DNA of 63,511 bases, filler included, from Chiloscyllium plagiosum (Eukaryota), in NCBI RefSeq assembly GCF_004010195.1. It is 4 parts of one record of this genome, joined end to end, with 100 filler letters (N's around TTAATTAATTAA, not from the genome) between each part and the next. Parts side by side here need not be neighbours in the genome. Positions count along the whole stretch, not along the records: positions 13,405 to 38,549 come from NC_057714.1; 3 more parts are not named here. The stretch is one strand, 5' to 3'. The notes beneath the pieces are model-generated. The model was not told where the DNA came from. It saw nothing but the letters and a program-made list of their open reading frames with translations, and ran no database searches. The translations under genes were made by a program, and so were the position numbers. Numbering within the stretch: the stretch's first letter is position 1; each line of letters starts with the position of its first letter. Below are positions 26,049 to 36,660 of this stretch, piece after piece.

Positions 26049-26769
26049 CAAAAGTGAAGTTCTGAGATTTATGTATTAATGAGCCAAAACCTGCAACCCA
26101 TTCTAAAAGATAAAAGACTTAACAACAATCCAGATTTGCACCAGCCAGTTTCAAAACAGTTTCTACCTACTATTGTTAGAATACTGAATGGACTCAAACT
26201 CGTAACTTTCTGTAGCCTATACCTGTGTTTTGGTTCTTGCTGCTGTTTCCCTATTATTTACTTATCTCTGCTATGTACCAATGTGATCTGTCTGTATTGC
26301 TGGCAAGCCAAAGCTTTTCACTGTGCCTCTGTACATGTGACAATAAATTCAATTCAATTCAAATGTCGTTCAATATATCATTTCAGTTGCATGACATTGT
26401 AACTAACATTGTAATCTTTTGTTAAAAATTCTGTGTCTTATGGTCTTATTCTCCACAATCACCTGGTGAAGTAGCAGCATGGAAAGCTGGTGCTTCCAAA
26501 TAAACCTGTGGACTATGAACTGGTGTTATGTGATTTTTAACTTTTAACAACACCGGCTCCTCCACATCATAACGTAAACATAATTATGCTGCATCCGTGA
26601 GGCTGTTCGTGGTTGTTTAGAAGGCACCAGTGATGTTTAGTTAGTATTGTTTGGACCCTTTAAGATTAGTCTAATGCCTTTGAAAAGAAATTGAATTGAC
26701 ATTGCTTGTTAATTTCAGGTTTTCAAAGATTAACTTTACTTTTTACGTTTGCATACATAATATATAAAG

Positions 26770-26964
26770 AATGAGCTGAAAATGTGTTGCTGGAAAAGCG
26801 CAGCAGGTCAGGCAGCATCCAGGGAACAGGAGAATCGACGTTTCGGGCATAAGCCCGAAACGTCGATTCTCCTGCTCCTTGGATGCTGCCTGACCTGCTG
26901 CGCTTTTCCAGCAACATATTTTCAGCTCTGATCTCCAGCATCTGCAGACCTCACTTTCTCCTCC
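26770..26964. mobile_element. Palindromic PLE-end mini-element
   Basis: 12-bp TSD TAATATATAAAG at 26758-26769 and 26965-26976; ~75-bp inverted arms centred on GGGCATAAGCCC. Confidence 0.9.
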
Positions 26965-27239
26965 TAATATATAAAGTATCTCAGTTACAGACAATTAAAG
27001 TCATTGTTAGTTGTTTAAAACTTTTTCACCGTTTGATCTTGAATGCGTAATGTTTAATTATTTAAACCTCCCCATGTTAATGGGATTCGGTCGATTTATA
27101 GATGTTAGAAAAGTTAGCTTGCGTGCAACATTAATAAGATGGATTTATTAAAGGTTGCGTATGGGAAACTCCCAAGGAAAATGAAAGGTGGTAGTTTGGA
27201 GAAAGTGAGAGCTAATTCGCTTATTCCCTTTATTATAGA

Positions 27240-27510
27240 GAATTTGAAACTCTGAAAGCGGCGCGCGGGGAATTATGAAAGGGGGGCCTTGAAACCGGTT
27301 GCGTTTGATTGACAGCGCGGGTCACCCCTGGAATGTTGAAACCGAGCCGTTCTCGATTGGTGGGCGCCTGCACCAATCAGAGAACGGGTATATAACAATC
27401 CCAACCCCCGGCAGGATAAGCCAATGAGTGACTGATAAATAGGCAGCGACCTGACGTCAGCTCGTAGGCGGCTGTCGGACAGTGTCCCGGACACTGGGAC
27501 GCAACATCGA
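27240..27510. promoter_or_regulatory. CpG-rich Pol II promoter (CCAAT x3, CRE, PBX/PREP-like decamer)
   Basis: Local CpG enrichment; TGATTGACAG 27306-27315; ATTGG 27356-27360; CCAAT 27373-27377 and 27421-27425; TATATAA 27389-27395; TGACGTCA 27452-27459. Confidence 0.75.
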
Positions 27511-27699
27511 GTTCAAAAATTTTAAAGCTGGATTATGCCCTTCCCATGTTTTTGTACCCATTCCCTCACCTTGGTCCTGTCATGACATAAGTTGCTTTTT
27601 TTCAGCACAGCCTATTCGTTATCTCCTACTTTTAGTTCTCATTATCACTTATTCCGAGTCTGGTCTGTTCATTATTATCAATAATCCTCTTGTCCACAT

Positions 27700-28010
27700 A
27701 CCCTGTTCATAAATTTCTCTCTCCACCTATTACTCACCTCTTCCACTCCCATCACCCTGATCTTCAGCCTAAATACCACTTTTTCCTGGCTATAATCAGC
27801 TCTGATGTAGCGTCTGGATTAGTGGTGTTGGAAGAGCACAGCAGTTCAGGCAGCATCCGAGGAGCAGTAAAATCGACGTTTCGGGCAAAAACCCAGAGTC
27901 ACCCGGCTTGAAACGTTTACTCTGCTTTCTCCCTGCAATTGCTGTCAGACCTGCCGAGTTTCTCCATCAATTTTGATCTTGTTTGAAATTCCTAGCATTT
28001 GCTTTTATTC
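27700..28010 (+). mobile_element. Older PLE end with a younger PLE-end fragment (~27808-27894, minus) inserted in its HHR
   Basis: CTGATG|insert|AGAGTCACCCGGCTTGAAACGTT. Confidence 0.7.
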
Positions 28011-28779
28011 TTCTAACCAACCGTGAAAGATGTCCCAATCACTCTTAGAAACATTTGGACAAGCAAATTTCTACAAATAACACTAAATAATTTTGTGTGC
28101 GCGGGTAGGATATTGCTGAAGGATAACATTGGCTCTAAAACAAAAACAAAATACTGCCGATCTGAAATATAAGCCAAAAATACTGAAGAAATTCAGCTGT
28201 TGTAACAGCATCTGTAGAGAGAGGAAAAAACAATTCATTATTTGAGACTAGTATGCCTTACCCCAGCTAAGAACTATATTAACATAATGGAAGAGAAGTA
28301 ACTTTTAAGACTAGACGAGGGAGTCCAGTCCTGTGTTGCATGACCTGCTGTGTGTGAGAAATCCTAATTGCTCTGACAGTCTGGATAACCATATCTGTAG
28401 GACATGCTACTGGATTGATCAGCTTGAGCATTGGCTGAAGGCTCAACAGTGCAACTGCAAGGCTAAGATTAAAGAAGACAACACATTTTCAAACGAGGCA
28501 GCCTGCTGCTAAGGAAGTGCAATCAGTGAGGCGATCATCAGTCAGGAGAAGGTCAGTAAGCAGGTACTCATCTTCTACAAACCCACCGACTCCCACAGCT
28601 ACCTGGATTACACCTCTTCCCACCCTACCTCTTGCAAAAATGCCATCCCGTATTCAGGAAAACCCCAGAGTGCATCTCACTCGAATAGATTTTCTGTATT
28701 GGAAAACACTAACAGTGACTGCTCCTCTGGGCAGTGCAGCTAATGTCCAGTTGAAGAAAGAGGGAGAACAATGTGTAGT

Positions 28780-29990
28780 AGGAGAGTCAATTGAGAAGGG
28801 TACAAATAGGCATTTCTGCTGCCACAGAAATGACTCCAAGATGTTGTGTTTCCTCCTTGGTGCCACTTGATGTCACTGAGCGGCTACAGGCATCCTGAAG
28901 GGGCAATGGTTCACATTGGGATCAATGAAATCAGTAGAAACAGGGATGAGGTTCTGCAAAAGAATTTAGGGAGTTAGGTAGAAATTTAAAAAGCAGGATA
29001 TCAATTCTTTGGATTATGCTGAAATGATGTGCCAGTGTGTACAGGAATAGAGAGATAGAACAGATTAAACGTAAAGTCACCCTTGTCTTAACAGACCAAA
29101 GGGCTGATCTCTCATTAGAGAGACAACTGGTAGTGGTTTAATCTGAAGGTCAGCATACTTATGGGAAGGGAGAGGTTAAGAAGGAGAGTCCTTCATGGTA
29201 ACTTCAGCCGGGGCAGGAATTGAACACATGCTATTGATATCACTCTGCATTGTAAACCAGCTGTTCAGCCAACTGAGCTAACCAACCCCAGAGCATTGAA
29301 GAATGGGAGCAGGAGGGAATGCCTTAGATTCCTGGATCACTGGGTTCATTCCTGGAGAAGATAGAGTCATAGAGTTATACAGATACTTCAGTCCAACTCG
29401 TCTGCACTGACCAGATATCCTAAACTGATCTAGTCCCACTTGCCAGTATTTGGCCCATATCTCTCTAAACCTTTTTTAATGTTGTATTGTACCTGCCTCA
29501 ACCACATCCTCTGGCAGCTTGTTCCATATACTCATGACCCTCTGTATGGAAAAAGTTGCCCCTCAGGTCCCTTTAGACTTGTACATGTCTGACAGTTTGC
29601 TGTTGAACTGGAATGAGACTGGAGTGGGTGATTTGCTAGTGTGGTTGGTGGGGGTTCAAACTAAATTGGCTGTGGATGGGGTACCGAGTGAATGTGCAGT
29701 CAGAGGGGATGCACAGAGAAGAATAAAAAAAGAACCAAATCAGTCTATAAGGCAGTGTGGATATAGTCAAGGCACGAGGGAGCATGGCAGGGTGGATAGC
29801 ATTTATTTTAATGTATTTGATAAGTTGAGGGCATTGATTGACACCTGAGAATGTGATATCATTGTTATCATAACGATATGGTTACGGTAGGGACAGGACT
29901 GGCAGCTCAATATTCTGGAATATACAATCTTCAGGCAAGGTGTAAAAGAGGAGGTGGTGTCACACTATTTATCAAAGAATCAATTGCATT
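28780..29990 (+). mobile_element. Old CR1 ORF1 esterase to ORF2 endonuclease remnant, with nested CR1 3' end (~29360-29575, minus)
   Basis: VVGESIEKGTNRHFC..MLCFLLGA, VHIGINEI (SGNH-like); GGGVTLFIKE. Confidence 0.7.
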
Positions 29991-29994
29991 TTTA

Positions 29995-30900
29995 GAGACA
30001 TACGACGTGGAAACAGGCCCTTCAGTCCAACTCGTTCATGCTGACCAGATATCAGATTAGATTACATTACTGTGTGGAAACAGGCCCTTCGGCCCAACAA
30101 GTCCACACCGACCCGCCGAAGCTCAACCCACCCATACCCCTACATTTACCCCTTACCTAACACTACAGGCAATTTAGCATAGCCAATTCACCTGACCTGC
30201 ACATCTTTGGATTGTAGGAGGAAACCAGAGCACCCGGAGGAAACCCACGCAGACACAGGGAGAACGTGCAAACTCCACACAGTCAGTCGCCTGAGGCAGG
30301 AATTGAACCCGGGTCTCCGGCGCTGTGAGGCAGCAGTGCTAACCACTGTGCCACCATGCCGCCCACATATCCTAACCTAATTTAGTCCCATTCGCCAGCA
30401 TTTGGCCCATATCCGTCCAAACCCTTTCTATTCATGTACCCATCCAGATGCCTTTCAAATGTTGTACTTGTACCAGCCTCCACCACTTCCTCTGTCAGCT
30501 CATTCCATACACGTACCACCCTCTGCGTGAAAAAGTTGCCTCTTACGTCCCTTTTAAATGTTTCCCCTCTCACCCTCTAGTCCTGGACTCCCCCAACACT
30601 GGGAAAAGACCTTGTCTATTTATCCTATCCATGCCCATCATGATTTTATAAATCCCATAAAGTCACCCCTCAGTCTCTGATGCGCCACGGAAAACAGCCC
30701 TAGTTTATTCAGCCTCTCCCTATAGCTCAAATCCTTCAACCCTGGCAACATCCCTGCAAATCTTTTCTGAACCCTTTCAGGTTTCATAACATCCTTCCAA
30801 TAGGAGCGAGACCAGAATTGCACAAAATATTCCATTAAGTGGCCTAACCAAATCCTATACAGCTGCAACATGACGTCCCAACTCATGTACTCAATGCTCT
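29995..30900 (-). mobile_element. CR1 3' fragment
   Basis: ERVQKRFAGMLPGLKDLSYRERL; RGNFFTQRVVRVWNEL. Confidence 0.9.
30055..30365 (-). mobile_element. Young full-length HE1-like SINE nested in CR1
   Basis: GGGCGGCATGGTGGCACAGTGGTTAGCACTGCTGCCTCACAGCGCC..GGGTTCAATTCC; CpGs retained; (TAATC/TAATG) tail. Confidence 0.92.
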
Positions 30901-30919
30901 AGACCAGCTTTGATAGTTT

Positions 30920-31290
30920 CCTTTTGAAGCAAAGACTGAGTATGGATCTGATTGAAGTGTACAAATTTCTGAGGGGCATAGAGAGAGTAAATAGGAAAAA
31001 AACATTCTTCTTAGTAGAAAGGTCAATAACCAGGGGGTTTCAATTTAAGGAAGCAGGAAGTGTAGGGGGGAATTTGAGGAAAAAACATTTTCACCCAGGG
31101 GTATCTGGAACTCACTGTCTAACAATGTGAGAATCTTTAAGACTTTTAAGAAATATTCAGATGAATACTTGAAATGCCTTCTTATACAAGGTTGCGGGTC
31201 AAATGCTGGAAAATGGGATTAGAACAGTTTGATGCTTGACAACCAGCATGGACATGATAGGCTAAAGGTCCTCATTGTAAGAAGTGTATG
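30920..31290 (+). mobile_element. Old CR1 3' fragment
   Basis: DLIEVYKFLRGIERVNRKK. Confidence 0.75.
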
Positions 31291-31324
31291 ATTCTAACTG
31301 AACTGAACTGATTTTACATCTGGG

Positions 31325-31505
31325 AGAACTTGCCTGCTTTTCTTTGAAATACTGGCTTGGGATCTTTTACATTCACCTGATAGAGCAGCAGGTTTAAATC
31401 TTATTTGAAATATAGCAACTTGACAGCACTCCCGCAGTCAGTACAGCCCAATTGTTTTGTGCTCTAGTTTATGTAGTGGGACTCAGAGCCAAGAGTGGGA
31501 CAGCA
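31325..31505 (-). mobile_element. Deu-domain SINE remnant (SacSINE1/AmnSINE-like); others at ~50090-50460(-), ~53365-53480(-), ~56065-56400(+)
   Basis: GGGATCTTTTACATTCACCTGA..GGTTTAA..GACAGCACTCCC resembles the Deu-domain core. Confidence 0.6.
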
Positions 31506-33405
31506 CATACTATAATAAAGAATTTAAAGGACTGGCACTTATTTAGCAAAGCACAAATAAATGTGGTTTTTTAATAAATTAGAAGAATAGAAACTGCTAA
31601 AATAACGAGAGATGACAAAGTACGGATGAAAGAAACGATCCGAGCTGAACTGAAGATGGTGATGTTTTGGAATCATCACAGTCTTGAATGCTGATGTCGC
31701 TCCTGCTATCATGTTCACGCTTGACCTGTCAGATGCCAACATTTTACACAACACAGTTCAAGTATTCAATAGGGAGAGGGTAGAGTGACAATGGAGCAGA
31801 ATGTACAGTGAAGGGGAAGGAAAATAAAGAGGCAAAGCTCACTGTTTTCATCAAAGAAGAAGAGGTTGATCTGTAGCTGTGGTCTATGTCAGTGAAGATA
31901 GAATATTCGTGAGGATGAAGGGTGAGGGGAGGGCAAAGATATCCCTTCTAGCGATATTTGAGGTAATTACATATTAGATGAAAAGAGGCATTGTTACGGG
32001 AGATGAACTTACTATTTTGGTGAAGTAGGAATGGGCCAGATGAGGCCTGCCCCAAAGTTAGCTGATTGTTATTAGGAGCCATTCATTAATAATGACCTGT
32101 GGCTATCACCTAATGACCTTGGTCAGCCACCTTCATTGTAAATTGTGGGACAGCAATCTGGAAACAGAATTCTTGGGGAGTTCTCTCTTTCCTAACTTAA
32201 ATCAATTATATCACTCACTAGACAATCTCACTGAACCTGTGAGAGCATGAAATATATTTATCATTTCTCTGGCTATCTTTCAGTTCAGCTTTACTCCAGG
32301 CTATGCTTAGTCAAATTAAAATTTGACTTTTACTACTAAAAAAGTCAATTGGATTTTAACTAAAAGAGAGAATAGATGCAAATATAAAGCTATTTTAAAA
32401 TGACTTGACCATGTGCCTTGTTTCCTCCTTTGTCAGGAGCTTTAAATGAGACAGCGAACCTGTCAAGCTTTTGAGGTTGGAAGGCCAAAAGGAGTGAGAT
32501 TTACGTGAAAACCAGTAAGGTAGATCATAAACTCAAACTGACATATGGAGTTGTGTTTTAAAGGGTGATGCCACCTAACATTGTGTGTTATTTTTATCTA
32601 AATCATAACTAAATCACATGATATAATGGAAGGTTGGTGACCAGATTGAATGACACCAAAATTAGTGTATAGCAGACAGTGAAGAAGGTTATCTAAGATC
32701 ACAAAGAGATCTTGATGTATTCAGCCAATGCGCTGAGGAATGGCAGATGGAATGTAATTTGGATATTTTTTGGTAACATGAACAAGGACAACACCTATAC
32801 AGTTAATAGTAGGGCCCTGGGTAGTGATGTCAAACAGAGGAACCTAGGGGTTCAGTTACATAGCTCTTTGAAATTTGCAAAATAGGTAGCCAGGTGGTTA
32901 AGAAGGTGTTTAATGTGCTTGCCTTCATTGCTCAGGCCATTGAGTATAGGAGTTGGGACATCATGTTGAGGTTGTACAGGAGATTGGTGAGGCCACCTTT
33001 GAAGTACTGTGTATGATTATGATTGTTCTGCAATAGAATGGATATTATTAAATTGGAGAGGGTTCAGAAAAGATTTACAAGGATGTTACCAGGACTGGAG
33101 GGTCTGTGTTATAAAGAAAGGCTAGATAGCCTGGGATCATTTTTCTCTGGAGCATAGGAACTTGAGGGATAATCTTATGGAGATTTAAAAGATCATGAGG
33201 GACATAAATACGGTGAATAGTAAAGGTCTTTTCCCCAGGGTAGAGGTGTTTAAAACTAGAGGATGTATTTTTAAAGGTGAGAGGAGAAAGATTTAAAAGG
33301 AACCTACAGGGCAACTTATTCACACAGTGGATATGTGAACTGAACTGCCAGATGAAGTGGTGGATGTAGGTACAGTTACAAGATTTAAAAGACATTTGGA
33401 CAGTT

Positions 33406-33862
33406 TAGGGTGTAGGTTTGCTTGCTGAGCTGTAGGTTTGATATCCAGACGTTTCATTACCTGGATAGGTAACATCATCAGTGGCGACCTCCAAATGAAG
33501 CGAAGCTGTTGTCTCCTGCTTTCTATTTATATCTTTCTCCTGGATGGGGTTCCTGGGGTTTGTGGTAATGTCATTTCCCGTCCATGAGTTGTACTGGGTC
33601 TTTTAAGTTTGTTAGTTTTTGTTTGAGAGTGTTGGTGGGTTTGTGTGCTACTAGGATTCTGAGGGGTCTTAGTAGTCTGGCTGTCATTTCTGAAACTTCT
33701 TTGATGTATGGTAAGGTGGTTAGGATTTCTGGCTGTGTTAGGTCTGCTTGTCGTGGTTTGTTCTTGAGGAATCTGCGCACTGTATTATTTGAGTATCCGT
33801 TCTTCTTGAATACGTTGTATAGGTGGTTCTCCTCTGTTTTCTGAAGTTCGTCTGTGCTGCAG
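33406..33862 (-). mobile_element. PLE fragment (family 3) with 9-bp TSD
   Basis: TSD TGGACAGTT at 33397-33405 and 33863-33871; TLPYIKEVSEMTARLLRPLRILVAHKPTNTLKQKL (PLE thumb/linker). Confidence 0.9.
33445..33484 (-). ncRNA. Minimal type I hammerhead motif (PLE family 3), intact core
   Basis: CCA-CUGAUGA-U-GUUACCU AUCC AGGUAAU-GAAAC-GUC-UGG. Confidence 0.85.
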
Positions 33863-35339
33863 TGGACAGTTACATAAATAGGAAAAGTTTAGAGGGATAT
33901 AGGCCAAGGACAGGCAGGTGGGACTAGTTTGGCAAACTTGATCGGCATGGACATGTTGGACCAAAGGGTCTGGTATGACTCTATGACTTTATATGTTGAA
34001 GACTTTAATCTCAAATTTATTCAATTCTCAAATTATTCTATGCATACTGTACAGTCTTATCTTAAAATTTATATTATGTAACAAGTGCTGGCTGTGTCAG
34101 CAATACTCAGATGCAAACCAAAGAAATGGAACAGGAGGAGGCCATTCAGTCCAAAATCCCTCCTTTCTGATATCATTCTAGTAAATCTCCTTTGAACTCT
34201 TTCTAGGCTTTAACATCCTTCCTTAAATAAGATGCCCAGAACTGAATACAAGACTCCAAATACGATCTGAGCAAAGATTTGTAGAAGTGTAGCATCAGTT
34301 CCTTGCTGATATAGCTGATCTGAGTTATTGCTTCAACTCCACATACCTGCTGATATCTCTGATATTCTTTAACTCCATCGTTAATCAAGAATCTACCTCT
34401 GCCTTAAAACTATTCAATTAGACCATAAGATATACCATAAGAGCAAAATTTAGGCTATTTGGCCTATCTAGTCTGCTTTGATCATGGCTGATATATTTCT
34501 CAATTACATTCTCCTGCCTCCTCCCTATAACCCTTAATCCCCTTAATAAGATCATAAGCTGTAGAAGAGAGTGAAGACTGCAGATGCTGGAGATCAGAGT
34601 TGAGAGTGTGGTGCTGGAAGAGCTATAGGAGCCAGCCACCACTGCTGTCTAAACATTTTATGAACTAAAAATTGTTTTATAGATGAAATAATATATAATG
34701 ACACTATGTATGAAATCATAGAATTTTACACTACAGGAGGCCATTTGATCCATCATGTCTCTACTGGCTCTCAAAAGAGCTATCCAGCTCATCCCATTCT
34801 CTAGCCCTATGTTTGTAACTCTCTAAATTCACCACTTTCAAATATATATCCAGCTCTCTTTTGAACCCTCCTGTGGAATCCACCTCCACCGCTTTCCCAG
34901 GCAGTGTATTCCAAATCCTAACAACTCTCTGAACAAAGAGGTTTCTCCTCATCTCTCTCCTTGCTTTTTTGCAGACAATCTTAAAATTATAGTTACTGAC
35001 ATCCCAACTAGTGTATCCTTCTTTACCCTGTCAAAATTGTTCATGATTTTGAACACCTCAATGAGGTGTCACCTCTTAAACCTCTCTGGTTTAAGGCCAA
35101 TTTCACTAATCTTTCCCGATATCTAAACTTCCTCATTCCAGATATAATTCTAGGAAATTTCTTTTGAACTCTCTCCAGGGATTTAACACCTTTCTTTAAA
35201 TAAGGTGCCTGTAACTGAATAAAATACTCCAAATGTGTTCTGAACCGCGATTTGTGGAGGTATTGCATCACTTCCTTGCTTTTATACTCTATGCTTCTAT
35301 TTAGACACCCAAGGATCCCATAAGCGTTCTTAATCACTG

Positions 35340-36065
35340 TGAGCGGGCCCTGCCCAAACATGTTCCAGGACTTGATTGCGGCACCGATAGCTATAGAATC
35401 AGAGGCGGCTGCAGCAGCAGGAGGAGATCGGAGGCAGTAGCTATAGAATCACCAATGGCTACAGAATCAGAGGAGGTGGCAGCAGGAGGAGATCGGAGGT
35501 GGTAGCTATAGAATCAGAGATAGCTATAGAATCACCGATAGCTTTGGAATCAGAGGCGGCTGCAGCAGCAGGAGGAGATTGGAGGCGGTAGCTGTAGAAT
35601 CAGAAATTGCTATAGAATCACCGACAGCTATAGAATCAGAGGCAGCAGCAGCAGGAGGACAACGGAGGCAGTAGCAACAAGTGGCAGGAGGCACTCAGTT
35701 CCTCCCGAGACCCCAGGTTGTGGCTTGATTGGGTGCCTGCATGTGGAAAATTAAATAAGACTTTAATATTTGGACATTTTTCATTCATTTTGGCTTTGTT
35801 TATATTATTTCTGCTTTTTTAAAAATTCCCATCTTGTAATCAAGTGTGTAACCAAGATGGCGCCAGAGAATGGTGACTTTGTACACCTTTCACTGTACTC
35901 CTGTATTCCTAATTTCTTTTGGATTAGTGGTGCTGGAAGAGCACAGCAGTTCAGGCAGCATCCGAGGAGCAGCAAAATCGATGTTTCGGGCAAAAGCCCT
36001 TCATCAGGAATAAAATCCTGTATTCCTGTACTTGAGTACACATGACAATAAGAACTAATTTTAAT
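35340..36065 (+). repeat. Minisatellite-containing non-autonomous element with Rex1-like 3' tail
   Basis: Repeated GCTATAGAATC-AGAGGCGGCTGCAGCAGCAGGAGGAGATCGGAGG units at ~35385-35690; tail CTTTTCACTGTAC..GTACACATGACAATAA resembles 37873-37910 and 26313-26350. Confidence 0.6.
35911..36015 (-). mobile_element. 105-bp PLE-end mini-insertion with HHR (35976-36011)
   Basis: 12-bp TSD TCCTGTATTCCT at 35899-35910 and 36016-36027; CUGAUGA-AGGGC UUUU GCCC-GAAAC-AUC. Confidence 0.9.
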
Positions 36066-36454
36066 TCTAACTCAACTATTTGAACTTGGCTGACTACCTT
36101 CAGAGAATCAAAAGCCTGTCTGCTCTAGTACTCCTCTCAAAGGTGCACCATTGAGCCTGCATTGCCTCTCCATGTTTCTCTTAAGGAAATGCATTACCTC
36201 ACATTTCTCTACATTAAAATTAATCTGCCAGGTCTACCCATTTGGCCAACTTGTTAATGTCCCTCTGAAGTGACTCAGCATCATCCTCACAATTCACTAT
36301 ACTCCCTCATGTAGTATCATCTGCAAATTTAGAGATGTTACCCTCAGCACTCACTTCCAAGTCATTTATATAAATCAGAAAAGCCAGGGTCCCCGGGGGA
36401 ACACCACTTCCAACTTGTCTCCAATCTGAGAAATGCCCATCTATACTTAGAAGC

Positions 36455-36660
36455 ATAGAGTCATAGAGATGTATAGCATGGAAACAGACCCTTCGGTCCA
36501 ACTCGTCCATGCCAACCAGATATCCTAACCCAACCTAGTCCCACTTGCCAGCACTTGGCCCATATCCCTCCAAACTCTCCCTATTCATATATCCACCAGA
36601 TGCCTTTTAACTGTTGTAATTGTACCAGCTTCTACCACTTCCTCAGGCAGCTCATTCCTT
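36455..36660 (-). mobile_element. CR1 3' end
   Basis: Same 3'UTR/tail as other copies. Confidence 0.85.

Larger units (their letters stand above)
23200..26570 (+). mobile_element. PLE 3' half (linker, GIY-YIG, terminal repeat) interrupted by nested insertions
   Basis: ..NIVYLICCRQGCPEAWYIG(K)|IKQMQ..MNGH..LIAKFGTHEDSLNWD; (CA)n tract ~24960-25235; HHR end near 26460. Confidence 0.85.
28380..32514 (+). pseudogene. Candidate decayed multi-exon gene (exons ~28380-28551, 31583-31658, 32437-32514)
   Basis: AG/GT boundaries; phases 2-2 and 0-0 compatible; basic/coiled-coil-like peptide with three stops each one C>T from CGA/CAA. Confidence 0.35.
32640..33990 (+). mobile_element. CR1 3' half, decayed, interrupted by a PLE
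   Basis: Homologous to 19520-20450. Confidence 0.88.
34120..36445 (-). mobile_element. Old CR1 fragments (split by insertions)
   Basis: MRRNLFVQRVVRIWNTLP; LERVQKKFPRIISGM; LIYINDLE..SKFADDT. Confidence 0.8.

Noticed and set aside
30290..30365. tRNA genes at SINE heads (also ~11520-11590, 18355-18425, 42188-42260)
   Set aside because: A/B boxes run into SINE core and LINE-like tail; no proper cloverleaf.
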